64,000 bases of DNA, taken from NCBI GenBank assembly GCA_902632605.1, contig CACPDB010000001.1, positions 246,693-310,692 on the forward strand, written 5' to 3'. Each line of letters opens with the position of its first letter. Position 1 is the first letter of the stretch. The stretch comes from an uncultured SAR86 cluster bacterium. GTDB taxonomy: Bacteria > Pseudomonadota > Gammaproteobacteria > Magnimaribacterales > AG-339-G14. This document shows positions 29,978-40,462 of this stretch, piece by piece. Under the pieces are notes generated by a model. It was not told where the DNA came from. It did no database searches and was given only the letters and a program-made list of their open reading frames with translations. Position numbers and translations under genes: made by a program.

Positions 29978-30646
29978 TTATTTATTTTTATAAAAAGCTA
30001 AGATGGGAAAAGAAATCAAACAAACCTGTACATATATTGCCAAGCTGCTAGATATGATTGTGTAAGTTTGTGAAATTTGATTTAAATCTTCATCTTGAAC
30101 CAACAATGAAGACAAAATAGTAATTATTAAAATTGTTATAAACCAAAAAAAGGCAGCCATAAGAACGCTTTGAAAGAGGTTTGATTTAGATCTTTCCCAA
30201 GAAAGATTGAGAGATTCTAAAATTGATTTATTTTCTAAAATTGCAAAATAATTTACAAATATTAGTAATCCTGAGATTAATATTCCGGGGATAATGAACA
30301 AAAGTAAGCCAACTCCAATACAGAATGTAGAAATTAAAGAAAGTATTAAAACTTTCATTAAAAACTGCCATGAGATAGCGTAATAAACCAGTACATCTCT
30401 ATTATTTTTTTCTATCATGTCATTGGCAATAAAAATTGAAATAATAGTTAAAAGAGGAGAAATCAAAAAATTATTTAGAAGTAAAAGTAAAATATCAAGA
30501 TTAGAGATTCCATCCGATAAGCTAGATGAAGACCCAATACTTGCGATAAAACCAAAAAGAAAAATTAAAGGAAAAATCTTAATGGTAAAGCTTAATCCAA
30601 ATTTTTTATAATATTCAAATCCTTTAGATATTGCTTGAAGTGTCAT
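29978..30646 (-). CDS. Hypothetical multi-pass membrane protein
   Basis: About 5 TM helices; 'LLLFIIPGILI', 'ESLNLSWE' (YciC/DUF975-like pattern). Confidence 0.7.
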   Translation of the reverse strand: MTLQAISKGFEYYKKFGLSFTIKIFPLIFLFGFIASIGSSSSLSDGISNLDILLLLLNNFLISPLLTIISIFIANDMIEKNNRDVLVYYAISWQFLMKVLILSLISTFCIGVGLLLFIIPGILISGLLIFVNYFAILENKSILESLNLSWERSKSNLFQSVLMAAFFWFITILIITILSSLLVQDEDLNQISQTYTIISSSLAIYVQVCLISFPILAFYKNK

Positions 30647-30667
30647 AAAATAAATTAGGAGTTCATT

Positions 30668-30895
30668 ATGATAGAAATTTGGTCAAAACCGCAATGTCCT
30701 TTTTGCGATAAAGCAGAAAACTTATGCAAACTTAAAAAATTCGAGTATAAGAAATATATGTTGGATGTAGACTTCACTAGAGAAGAAATGTTTGAAAAAT
30801 TCCCTTCTGCAAGAACATTTCCTCAGATTACTGTTAATGGCGAGCTAATCGGTGGCTATACTGAATTCGAAGCAAAAGTAAGATCCGAAGATTAA
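30668..30895 (+). CDS. Dithiol glutaredoxin
   Basis: 'CPFC', 'RTFPQI', 'IGGYTE'; AGGAG RBS. Confidence 0.93.
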   Translation: MIEIWSKPQCPFCDKAENLCKLKKFEYKKYMLDVDFTREEMFEKFPSARTFPQITVNGELIGGYTEFEAKVRSED

Positions 30896-32524
30896 TTGGA
30901 AACCTTAAACAGCTATATTCTTCTTATAGATAGCTACTTTGGAAGTGCCGCTTGGTTTCCTCTGTTTTTGCTTTCGATAGGTATTTTTTTTACAGTATAT
31001 TTGGGTGTTCCTCAATTCAAATATTTTTTAAGAGGGTGGAAAATATTATTTTCATCTGGAAAAGATAATGAAGGTCAGACAACTCCTTTTCAAGCACTAA
31101 GTACAGCCTTATCTGGAACAGTTGGTACAGGAAATATAGGTGGGGTTGCAATGGCTATATTTATTGGCGGACCAGCAGCCTTATTTTGGATGTGGATTAC
31201 AGCTTTTCTTGGAATGACAACTAAATTTGTTGAAGTTTCCTTGTCACATGCTTATCGAGAAAAAAATAAATCTGGAGAAATATCAGGCGGTCCAATGATA
31301 TACATGGAAAAAGGCTTGAATATGAAATGGCTGGGTGTGATATTTACCTTTTCTCTTTTAATCAGTACTTTTGGTTCAGGCAATATGCCTCAGATTGATA
31401 ATATATCAAGCACAATTGAATCAAGCTTTGGAATACAACCTTTGATAACTTCCATTTTCATGAGCTTTCTTGTAGCTCTTGTAATTATCGGGGGGATACA
31501 AAGAATTTCTTCTATAGCAGCAGCAATAGTTCCATTAATGGCTTTTATATATTTAATTGGAGGATTGAGTGTTTTGATATTTAATTATGAAAATATTATT
31601 CCCTCTTTTAAGGTAATCATTTTAGATGTGTTCAAAGGAACCTCTGTGGCGGGTGGTTTTCTTGGAGCTTCTTTTTCATTGGCTTTTACTTATGGTGTAG
31701 CAAGAGGTTTGTACTCTAACGAAGCAGGTCAAGGGTCAGCTCCAATTGCTCACGCGACTTCAAAAACGAAACATTCTGTTGAGGAAGGATTTGTGTCAAT
31801 TTTAGAGCCATTTATAGATACTATAATCATTTGTACTTTGACTGGTTTAGTAATCCTTTCTTCCGGTGTTTGGACAGAAAAATTCACAAATAGCTTCGAA
31901 AAAACTTCTATGTTTGTGGTAAATGGAAATCTAGATGAAAAAGATGGAAAAGAAATTCTGAATTTTTTGTCAGGAGAAGATTCTATTATTAAGAGTTTTT
32001 CAGGTGAACTCAATGTGGTTTCAGGTGAAATACGCGAAGCGGTTACTATTTTAAATAACAGATCAATCGCTGAAGATGTGACAGTGAATAAAAATAGTAT
32101 TCCATATACGGGAAAAATAATTATAAGAAATAATGAAATAGAGGGTAATTATGAGTTCACTGGTAAATCTTTAGTAAAATCTGCTGTTCTAACAAGTAAA
32201 GCTTTTAATAAAGGATTCTTTGGAAATTATGGCGAATATATTGTTTCAATTGGATTATTACTATTTGCCTTTTCAACAGTAATTACCTGGGCTTATTATG
32301 GGGATCGATGCACAGCATATTTATTTGGAGAATCTTCAATAATTTATTACAGGATTCTGTATATTCTTGCTTTTTTTATCGCTGGGACTGGCTTTATTGA
32401 TACAGAAATTATTTGGAATTTTGCTTTAATTACAGTTGCAGCAAGCACCTTACCTAATTTGATTTCAATTTTTCTTTTAAGAAAGCAAATGAGGGATTTA
32501 ATTTCTTCATACAATAATAAGTAA
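30896..32524 (+). CDS. Alanine/glycine:cation symporter (AGCS)
   Basis: 'GTVGTGNIGGVA', 'GGPAALFWMW', 'GLYSNEAGQGSAPIAHA', 'FAFSTVITWAYYG'. Confidence 0.95.
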   Translation: METLNSYILLIDSYFGSAAWFPLFLLSIGIFFTVYLGVPQFKYFLRGWKILFSSGKDNEGQTTPFQALSTALSGTVGTGNIGGVAMAIFIGGPAALFWMWITAFLGMTTKFVEVSLSHAYREKNKSGEISGGPMIYMEKGLNMKWLGVIFTFSLLISTFGSGNMPQIDNISSTIESSFGIQPLITSIFMSFLVALVIIGGIQRISSIAAAIVPLMAFIYLIGGLSVLIFNYENIIPSFKVIILDVFKGTSVAGGFLGASFSLAFTYGVARGLYSNEAGQGSAPIAHATSKTKHSVEEGFVSILEPFIDTIIICTLTGLVILSSGVWTEKFTNSFEKTSMFVVNGNLDEKDGKEILNFLSGEDSIIKSFSGELNVVSGEIREAVTILNNRSIAEDVTVNKNSIPYTGKIIIRNNEIEGNYEFTGKSLVKSAVLTSKAFNKGFFGNYGEYIVSIGLLLFAFSTVITWAYYGDRCTAYLFGESSIIYYRILYILAFFIAGTGFIDTEIIWNFALITVAASTLPNLISIFLLRKQMRDLISSYNNK

Positions 32525-32525
32525 C

Positions 32526-33623
32526 ATGACTGACGTTGTTATTATTGGAGGAGGAGTAATTGGTTTGGGTATAGCTAGAGAACTTTCTCTTTCTGGAAAA
32601 GAAACAATTGTATTAGAACAAAATGACAGAGCTGGAGATGTAACATCTTCTCGTAATTCTGGAGTTATTCATGCCGGAATTTATTTTCAAGAAGATTTTT
32701 TAAAAACAAAACTATGCGTTGAAGGAAATAATCTCATATACGAATATGCTAAAGAGAAAAAAATTAATCATAAAAAATATGGCAAATACATAATTGCAAC
32801 TAATAAATCAGAAATTCAAAACTTAGAAGCGCTTTTAATCCAAGGAAAAAAAAATAAAGTAAAAATAGAAAGGGTACAAAAAGAAAAGGTTTTGCATGAC
32901 AATCCTGGATTAGTATTCCAAGAAGCTTTGTATTCTCCTAACTCAGGAGTAATTGATGTTCCAGAATTCGTCACTGCTTTGGAAGGTGATATACAGCATT
33001 CTGGCGGCTTAATTTCTTTAAGAACTTCATTCTTATCCTCGAGTAGAGAAAAAGATTCTTTTGTCATTAACTGTAAAGCTGAAGAAAATTTTTCTATTGA
33101 GAGCAAATACTTAATTAATTGTAGTGGGTTGAGTAATGAGAGGACTTTAAAAAATATATCAAAATTTCCAAAAGAAAAAATTTTTAAAAATTATTTCGCG
33201 AAGGGACATTATTTCAAATATTCAGGCAAAACACCTTTTTCAAACTTAATTTACCCAATCTCGGGTCAACATAGTTTAGGTATTCATGTGGGTTTTGATT
33301 TAGCTGGTGGAATGAGATTTGGTCCTGATGTAGAGTTTGTTAATGAAATTGACTACAGTTTTAATGAATCATTGAAAAGTAAATTTGTTTCCTCAATTTC
33401 TCAGTACTGGCCTGATATTGACCCCAAAAAATTACATCCTGACTATACGGGTATAAGACCCAAGATAACAAAGCCAAACGAATCTACTAAAGACTTTAGT
33501 ATTCAAACTCAAAATGATCATGGAATAGAAAATTTTATAAATCTACAAGGTATAGAAAGTCCAGGACTTACCTCATCTTTGGCAATTGCAAAGTATGTTA
33601 GTCACCTTGTTCGGATAAATTAA
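32526..33623 (+). CDS. FAD-dependent oxidoreductase, L-2-hydroxyglutarate oxidase-like
   Basis: 'IGGGVIG', 'TSSRNSGVIHAGIY', 'GIRPK', 'GIESPGLTSSLAIA'. Confidence 0.88.
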   Translation: MTDVVIIGGGVIGLGIARELSLSGKETIVLEQNDRAGDVTSSRNSGVIHAGIYFQEDFLKTKLCVEGNNLIYEYAKEKKINHKKYGKYIIATNKSEIQNLEALLIQGKKNKVKIERVQKEKVLHDNPGLVFQEALYSPNSGVIDVPEFVTALEGDIQHSGGLISLRTSFLSSSREKDSFVINCKAEENFSIESKYLINCSGLSNERTLKNISKFPKEKIFKNYFAKGHYFKYSGKTPFSNLIYPISGQHSLGIHVGFDLAGGMRFGPDVEFVNEIDYSFNESLKSKFVSSISQYWPDIDPKKLHPDYTGIRPKITKPNESTKDFSIQTQNDHGIENFINLQGIESPGLTSSLAIAKYVSHLVRIN

Positions 33624-35637
33624 CAAGAAAACCTAATTCTTCTGAAGTTTCCTTCAAAGATTCCAAACGTCCGCTTTTACCTGCGTGTCCTCCTATCATG
33701 TTCATTTTTAGTAAAATAGGATTTCCTGAAGTTGAATATTCTCTTAATTTAGGGACATATTTTGCAGGTTCAAAATATTGCACTTGAGAGTCATACAAGC
33801 TTGAAGTGACCAATACTGATGGATATGGGTTCAAATCAATATTGTCATAAGGTGAATATTTCTTCATGTATAAATATTCTCTTTTTTTTGCAGGATTACC
33901 CCATTCTTTATATTCAAATGTTGTAAGTGGGATGGATTCATCTGACATAGTGGTTAAAACATCTACAAAGGGAACTGCTGAAACTACTCCTTTGTAAAGT
34001 TCTGGCTCCATATTTATTATTGCTCCCATAAGAAGACCTCCAGCACTTCCCCCCATAGCAAAAGTTTTTTTGTTATTACCAATTTCTTTTTTTATTAATC
34101 CTTTTGTGCAATCTATAAAATCTGTAAAAGTGTTCATCTTTTTTAACATCCTTCCTTGGTCATACCAATCTTGACCTAGATCTTGACCTCCTCGTATATG
34201 AGCGATAGCAAAAACAAATCCTTGATCAATCAAAGGCATGAAAGATAATTTAAAAGAGGGTTCGATTATTGAGCCATATGATCCATAACCGTATTGTAAT
34301 AGAGGGGCTTTCTTTAAATTTATTCCCTTTTTAAAAACCAACGAAATAGGAACTTTAGTACCATCTCTTGCCTTTACGAATAAACGTTTGATCTCATAAT
34401 CTTTTTCCTTATGATTAAGGATATTCTGCTGCCATATTTTTTTTCTTTTTTGCGAATATAAATTTTGAGAAAATATTGCAGCAGGAGTTCTTAAACTAGA
34501 ATAAGCAAAAGTAAAGGTTTTACTTTTGTAACCAACATTATTTACTAATTCAACTGAATAAGCAGGGTCATCGAATTTTATAATCGATTTATTTTTTGTA
34601 TTTTTGTGTACTTGAGTTAAGAGGGGCAGACCGTTTTTTCTTGTCTCTAAAATAACGTAATCTTCAAAACATATAAAATTTTCAATTAATTCTTTTTTAT
34701 TATGTTGTATGAAGATTTTCCAATTATTTTCATGTGTATTCTTTTTATCTGTCTTGTATAAGGCAAAATTCTTTTGATTTTTTTTGTTGCTAAGTATAAA
34801 AAATTCTTCAGGTGTGTCATCAATATAATAACGATGCTCTTTGGATCTCCTATGAAAACATTGTAAATCAAAGTTTTCAGCTTCTAGATCTAATATTCTG
34901 AATTCATTGGACTCAGTCTTTGAAATATCCAATAACAAGTATTTTTTTGTCCTACTTTTAAAAAAACCTAGGCTGTATTGGTTATCATTTTCTTTGTAAA
35001 TTAGCTTATCAGCTTTTGATGAGGTACCTAATTTGTGAAAGTAGAGAGAGTTTGTAATTAAGGTATCAGGATCTTTTTTAAGATAAAAATATCCATCAGA
35101 TGAGCTATTCCAAATAATTCCACCAGCAGCAGAGCAAGTATTTTTTTCTAATAATTTCCCAGTCTTTAAATCCTTTATAACAATTGAGTATTCTCTTCTA
35201 CCGGTCTCATCTTCGCCAAAAGCTAATAATGAGTGATTATCAGAAGGCTGAACTTTAGAAATATCATAGTATTTTTTATTTCTAGCTAACTTATTGATGT
35301 CTAGAATTAATTTTTTTCTTTTTTTATAAAGTTGGTAATACTTTGGATATTCATCTGAGATTGAGATGGATGAAAAATAGTCGTAACCATCTATATGCTT
35401 TTTGTAACTTTCTTCAACTTTTGGCAAAGATTTTTTATATTTTTCAAATATTTTATTAGAGCCAACTTTATTTTTTTTATACCAATAATGAGTGTATCTA
35501 TTTTCATCTCTAAGATATTTGAGAATTTCTTTATTTTTTCTTTTATCATCTCTTAGCCAATAATAGTAATCAATTCTCTCATCACCATGAGCTTTTAATA
35601 TTTTCTTTATTTTTTTTGGAATTGGTGGTTTTTTCAT
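33598..35637 (-). CDS. ptrB: Oligopeptidase B (S9 family)
   Basis: 'RIDYYYWLRDD', 'GGSAGG', 'DSQVQYFEPAK', 'GGHAG'. Confidence 0.92.
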   Translation of the reverse strand: MKKPPIPKKIKKILKAHGDERIDYYYWLRDDKRKNKEILKYLRDENRYTHYWYKKNKVGSNKIFEKYKKSLPKVEESYKKHIDGYDYFSSISISDEYPKYYQLYKKRKKLILDINKLARNKKYYDISKVQPSDNHSLLAFGEDETGRREYSIVIKDLKTGKLLEKNTCSAAGGIIWNSSSDGYFYLKKDPDTLITNSLYFHKLGTSSKADKLIYKENDNQYSLGFFKSRTKKYLLLDISKTESNEFRILDLEAENFDLQCFHRRSKEHRYYIDDTPEEFFILSNKKNQKNFALYKTDKKNTHENNWKIFIQHNKKELIENFICFEDYVILETRKNGLPLLTQVHKNTKNKSIIKFDDPAYSVELVNNVGYKSKTFTFAYSSLRTPAAIFSQNLYSQKRKKIWQQNILNHKEKDYEIKRLFVKARDGTKVPISLVFKKGINLKKAPLLQYGYGSYGSIIEPSFKLSFMPLIDQGFVFAIAHIRGGQDLGQDWYDQGRMLKKMNTFTDFIDCTKGLIKKEIGNNKKTFAMGGSAGGLLMGAIINMEPELYKGVVSAVPFVDVLTTMSDESIPLTTFEYKEWGNPAKKREYLYMKKYSPYDNIDLNPYPSVLVTSSLYDSQVQYFEPAKYVPKLREYSTSGNPILLKMNMIGGHAGKSGRLESLKETSEELGFLVNLSEQGD

Positions 35638-35706
35638 TATAATTTAACGCACTGCTTCAGAAACTATAGGTTTTTTATGGGTTTCTTTAATTTTTTCACA
35701 GGATAA

Positions 35707-37608
35707 ATGCAAGACGAAAATAAACTATTCAATGATGAAATTGATCTCATAACCTTATTTGCGGTCTTATTTGATAATTTTAATTTAATATTATCAATTT
35801 TTTTGGCTTCTTTTTTAGCGATAACAGTTTATTTCTACTCCTCCATAAATTTGTATCAATCTAATTCGCTTTTAGAAATTAAAAATGAAAAAACATCTTT
35901 CTTGCCTGAAAGTATTACAGGAGGTATTTATCCTGGATCTTCTTCGAAAAGTTCTTTACAAGCAGAAATGGAAATTTATAAATCTAATAATACAATTTTA
36001 GATGCCCTAGAGAAATTAAAAGATTTGCAGGAGTTTGAATCAGATGAAATACCTTCTCCAGGAACTGTGAGAGGAAATCTCTTTTTAGAAACAAATTCTC
36101 AGTCTTTGATCACTATAAATTACGTTTCTGATAATCAAAAACTTACAGAAGTTCTCCTAAATTTATTAAATGAAGAATTCATCGAAGACAGAAAAAACTT
36201 TGTAAAACAGTCTAGTTCAGCAGGGAAAAATTTTATAAAACAGGAAATACCTAGAATAAAATTACTCTTAAAAGAAGCAGAAGATAATTTAAATTCATTT
36301 AAAGTCTCAACCAATACTTCTGATGTGATATTTGATACAAATACTCGTAATTTAAAACTTGAAAGATTAAAAAATAGAGTTAATGAAATTGCTTTTAAGG
36401 AACTTGAATTAAAGGAATTTTATAAAGAAAATCATCCTATTTATCTTACTCTTTCTGAACAAAAAAAATTAGTACTATCACAAATTGATGAAATTGAAGC
36501 CGATCTTCCTAACATACCTTCTACTCAGAGAAGATTAGAAAATTTTAAAAGAGAAGTAGAGATTTATTCTAATGTGTTAGGAGAATTATCTTCGCAAGAA
36601 CTATCATTAAGCATGACTGAAGCATCCAGTCTAAGCAATGTCAGAATAATAAATGACGCTTCTTCTGCATCTCAAATTTCTCCGAGACGAATTTTATTCT
36701 CATTATCGATAGTCTTTACCATAATTGCTTATATAGTACTTTTAGTAAGACATTTCATAGGCGATAAAGTTACTAATTTAGATGCCTTAACAGATTTTAT
36801 AAGCAAGGATAGATTAATTGGTGAATTACCTTTCCTAAGCGAATCTTCAATTAACTCAGATCGATATTCAACATCGATTGCCGATGAACTTTTAAATAAA
36901 ACGATATATGAACTTACTCATAGTGAAGGTCATTCAAAGTCATTTGCAATCGTAAGCTCCAGGAAAGATGCTGGTAAAACTGAAATTTCTACAAGGTTAT
37001 TCAATAAGCTAAAAGAAAAATACAAGGTATGTCTGATAGATTTGGATTATAGAAAAAAAGGGTTAACTAAATCACTTGTACAAGATTCAACTTTTAAGAA
37101 CTTTGAAGAATTCAATGCGTCTAGGGAAGAATTTGTTGATTCAAAAGGAAGTCTATTCGTTCCATCTTTTGAAGTGACTTCTCCAAATGATTTCTTTTCC
37201 TCGGAAGAATTCGTCTCAGGGATAAATAACTTAAAAGAAGAATTTGACTATTTAATTTGTGATACACCTCCATGGGACTTATTTGTAGATGCAAAAATAA
37301 TTAGTAAATTATTCGATACTAAGATTTACATTGTTTGTAATCACTTAACTTCTTTCAAAGACATCAAATTATTTATGAAAGACGTAGAAAACCATGATTC
37401 TGTTAAGTTTTTCTACAATAAATTTTACTTATACTTCAATTTTCTTTGGTATAAGTATCAATATCCGGCATATTCAAGAAATTATTACTATGATTACATG
37501 TCATATTCTAATGAAAGAAATAATTTCACTTTTCGAAGCTTTTTAGTAGAATCACCGGTTAAATTATATAATTTCGTGATTAAATGGATAAATTCTTTAA
37601 GAAAGTAA
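35707..37608 (+). CDS. wzc: Wzc-type polysaccharide co-polymerase / BY tyrosine kinase
   Basis: 'DEIDLITL', two TMs flanking a coiled-coil; Walker A 'DAGKT', A' 'IDLDYRK', B 'LICDTPP'; Tyr-rich cluster. Confidence 0.85.
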   Translation: MQDENKLFNDEIDLITLFAVLFDNFNLILSIFLASFLAITVYFYSSINLYQSNSLLEIKNEKTSFLPESITGGIYPGSSSKSSLQAEMEIYKSNNTILDALEKLKDLQEFESDEIPSPGTVRGNLFLETNSQSLITINYVSDNQKLTEVLLNLLNEEFIEDRKNFVKQSSSAGKNFIKQEIPRIKLLLKEAEDNLNSFKVSTNTSDVIFDTNTRNLKLERLKNRVNEIAFKELELKEFYKENHPIYLTLSEQKKLVLSQIDEIEADLPNIPSTQRRLENFKREVEIYSNVLGELSSQELSLSMTEASSLSNVRIINDASSASQISPRRILFSLSIVFTIIAYIVLLVRHFIGDKVTNLDALTDFISKDRLIGELPFLSESSINSDRYSTSIADELLNKTIYELTHSEGHSKSFAIVSSRKDAGKTEISTRLFNKLKEKYKVCLIDLDYRKKGLTKSLVQDSTFKNFEEFNASREEFVDSKGSLFVPSFEVTSPNDFFSSEEFVSGINNLKEEFDYLICDTPPWDLFVDAKIISKLFDTKIYIVCNHLTSFKDIKLFMKDVENHDSVKFFYNKFYLYFNFLWYKYQYPAYSRNYYYDYMSYSNERNNFTFRSFLVESPVKLYNFVIKWINSLRK

Positions 37609-38711
37609 TTTTGTTAACAACAATTTCATTGTTGACTATTTCTTGTTCTATTGGAACTTCTTTTAGAGCAAATGAAATAAAATCCTTTAAAGGTACACTA
37701 ATTCCTGAATTGTCTGATGAGCCAATTTTAATTGAGAAAGTTTCTATTGATTTAATTGAGAAAGAAGAACGAAAAATCCCTCTTAATTTACCTCTCAGTC
37801 TGCTTAATTACTCTCCTGAATCTTACAAGGTGGGTTTTGGAGATGTTCTCTTTATTTACGTTTATGGTGAAACAGAAAGATTGTCAGCAGCACTTGCCAG
37901 AGGAGCAGCTATTAATCCAATTTTTGAGAAAATAGTAAGAGACGATGGTACGATTTTTTATCCTAACGCAGGAATTCTTGATGTAGGCGGAAAAACTATA
38001 GAAGAAATTAGATTAATGCTTACTGATGCACTTTCTAACGTCTTAAACAATCCTCAAGTAGATGTTTCTGTCTCTGAATTTAAATCTCAAAAAATTATTG
38101 TATCTGGAAGCTTTCAAAACGTCGGAACTGTTCCAGTAACTACTGTTCCACAAACATTGACTGAGGTGATTGCAAATGCAAATCCTTTTGGTGAGGGAGG
38201 TCAAAGACCCCTGGGAGATCTAACTTCAGTCAAATTTACTAGGGAAGGCTATACTTATGATATAGATTACGAATACCTAGCAAGAAATTCACAGATACAA
38301 AACTATATTTATCTTAAAGCAGGAGATGTTATACATTTACCTGATAACTCTCTAAATCAAGTTCATGTGATTGGGGAAGCGAGTAGCCCTGTTTCAATTA
38401 ATTTAACAAGGAAGAATATTCCCTTATCAGTTGCTTTAGCCAAAGCAAAAGGTCTGAATCAATCCACCTCTAAAGGAAAAGATGTTTACATATTAAGACC
38501 TAAAGATTTTGAAGGTAAGCCAAGAATTTTTAAATCCGATATGTCATCTCCATCTGGTTATCTAGTTGCAGGAGAATTTAATCTTCAGTCAGAAGATATA
38601 GTATTTGTCGGTACTGCTGGAGTCACTTCTTGGAGCAGATTCATCCAGCAAGTCTTACCTTTCACAGATTTTATAAACTCGTCTGAAAGTACCGATTTAA
38701 TAAAAAACTAA
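37584..38711 (+). CDS. wza: Wza-type outer-membrane polysaccharide export lipoprotein
   Basis: Lipobox 'TISC', 'YKVGFGDVLFIYVYG', PES motif 'DDGTIFYPNAG', C-terminal helix 'WSRFIQQVLP'. Confidence 0.9.
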   Translation: MDKFFKKVILLTTISLLTISCSIGTSFRANEIKSFKGTLIPELSDEPILIEKVSIDLIEKEERKIPLNLPLSLLNYSPESYKVGFGDVLFIYVYGETERLSAALARGAAINPIFEKIVRDDGTIFYPNAGILDVGGKTIEEIRLMLTDALSNVLNNPQVDVSVSEFKSQKIIVSGSFQNVGTVPVTTVPQTLTEVIANANPFGEGGQRPLGDLTSVKFTREGYTYDIDYEYLARNSQIQNYIYLKAGDVIHLPDNSLNQVHVIGEASSPVSINLTRKNIPLSVALAKAKGLNQSTSKGKDVYILRPKDFEGKPRIFKSDMSSPSGYLVAGEFNLQSEDIVFVGTAGVTSWSRFIQQVLPFTDFINSSESTDLIKN

Positions 38712-38744
38712 ACTCTTCTCTTTTTCTAAACTAAAATATTATGA

Positions 38745-39494
38745 GTGAGAGTCTATTCAATTATTTTATTTTTATGTACTTCATTACTACATGGAGACAT
38801 AACACTTGAGGAGCTTGATTATTTTAGATTTCTTTCTGATTCAGACTCTAAATCTATAATAGAAAGCGGAACAGACCAATGTAATAAATTCTTCGATAAG
38901 GATAACCTTTCTGTAGATTATCGCGGATATAAAAACTTTTTTTTATGTAAATTTTCAAAAAAAAGAAATAGATTTTATATATATATGCTGGCGGTAGAAA
39001 AAAAAGATAAGGTTAAATTAAAAGAATTTTGCAAAGATATAATTTTAAGTTGGCCGGAAATTGCCGATCACATGGATGCAAAATTTGTTTCACAAAGCAA
39101 ACGATTTTTAGGAGGATTTTTTATTGATTATCTATACAATGATAAATTCTTAGAATTCACAAATAATTACTCTCAAGATCAGAGCATTATTCATAATGAG
39201 GTCAGCAGTTTTATTTTAAAAAATCGTAAAATTTTTACAGAAGATAACTATAAAAATAATGAAATTATAAAAAAAGAAATAAGCAAAATTTCAAATATTT
39301 ATAAAAAAATCATCGATCAGGATATAACTGACTTAGAAAGAATTATAAAAATACAGTTAGATAAGATTGTCAGATATAAGATATTTGTTAATGATACAAA
39401 TATCTTTAAATCTTATAGTTGTAATTGGAAACCAGGTAAAGGAATAATACCTTATGTTAAATTAGAAAAATTTTCTGAATTTGAAAATTCATAG
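38745..39494 (+). CDS. Hypothetical exported protein
   Basis: 249-aa ORF, N-terminal hydrophobic signal-like segment, several Cys; no motif recognised. Confidence 0.6.
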   Translation: MRVYSIILFLCTSLLHGDITLEELDYFRFLSDSDSKSIIESGTDQCNKFFDKDNLSVDYRGYKNFFLCKFSKKRNRFYIYMLAVEKKDKVKLKEFCKDIILSWPEIADHMDAKFVSQSKRFLGGFFIDYLYNDKFLEFTNNYSQDQSIIHNEVSSFILKNRKIFTEDNYKNNEIIKKEISKISNIYKKIIDQDITDLERIIKIQLDKIVRYKIFVNDTNIFKSYSCNWKPGKGIIPYVKLEKFSEFENS

Positions 39495-39506
39495 AGGAGA
39501 AAATAA

Positions 39507-40460
39507 ATGGGAACTCTGGTAGAAGCAAATAATATAAATATTTGGTACGAAGAATTTGGAGACCAAGAAAAAGAAACAATTCTTCTGATTATGGGAGCAA
39601 ACGCAAACTGTATGCAGTGGGACCAGGAGTTTATTGATCAACTAGTTGCGAATGGCTATCACGTAGTGAGATTTGACAATAGAGATGTTGGTAAAACTAC
39701 TTGGTTTGGAAAAGAACCTGCATTTAATAAATTTTTAAAGATTCTTCCAGATATTTTATTGAAAATGATTGTAAATAGTATTTTTGGGTTAGCCGTAGAC
39801 AAAAATGGAAGATTTAAGTTTAGTGAATCTACTCCAATACAATATGATTTATCAGATATGGCAAAAGATGCTGTATCACTAATGGATGTTCTAAAAATTG
39901 ATAAAGCTCATATTATTGGAGCTTCAATGGGTGGAATGATTACACAAATCATAGCATTAGATTATCCAGAAAGAGTTTTGAGTATCACTCCTATCATGAC
40001 TTCTCCAGGTATACATAATGAATTTTTATCTGGCCCTACTAAAGAATTGCTTGAAGCTATAAAAAAATCTTTTGTATATAACCTCAAAGGCAGAGTAGAA
40101 GATGGAGTTGTTGAGATTTATCGACAACTTACCGGCTCACGTTTTCCTTTTAATGAACAACAGTTTAGAGAAAAGTTAAAGCCAGTTATTTCTCATGGAA
40201 ATAATCCTTTTGCTCTTCATGGAGCTGCAGTTGGAGCAAGTCCTGATAGAACAAGTCGACTTCATGAAATAAAAGTTCCTACTCTTGTTATTCATGGAAC
40301 AGAGGATGCTATCTTGCCACTAGATCATGGTATTGCCGTTGCAGATGGCATAACAGATTCTAAAAGAATGATTATGGAAGGAGTAGGGCATGAAATCCCT
40401 GAAGAGCTATTGCCCGAAATAATCAAAGAAATAATTGCAAATGTTAAAAGAGCTTCTTGA
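39507..40460 (+). CDS. Alpha/beta fold hydrolase (esterase-like)
   Basis: 'LLIMGA', 'RFDNRDVG', 'GASMGG', 'HGTEDAIL', 'GVGHE'. Confidence 0.9.
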   Translation: MGTLVEANNINIWYEEFGDQEKETILLIMGANANCMQWDQEFIDQLVANGYHVVRFDNRDVGKTTWFGKEPAFNKFLKILPDILLKMIVNSIFGLAVDKNGRFKFSESTPIQYDLSDMAKDAVSLMDVLKIDKAHIIGASMGGMITQIIALDYPERVLSITPIMTSPGIHNEFLSGPTKELLEAIKKSFVYNLKGRVEDGVVEIYRQLTGSRFPFNEQQFREKLKPVISHGNNPFALHGAAVGASPDRTSRLHEIKVPTLVIHGTEDAILPLDHGIAVADGITDSKRMIMEGVGHEIPEELLPEIIKEIIANVKRAS

Positions 40461-40462
40461 GA

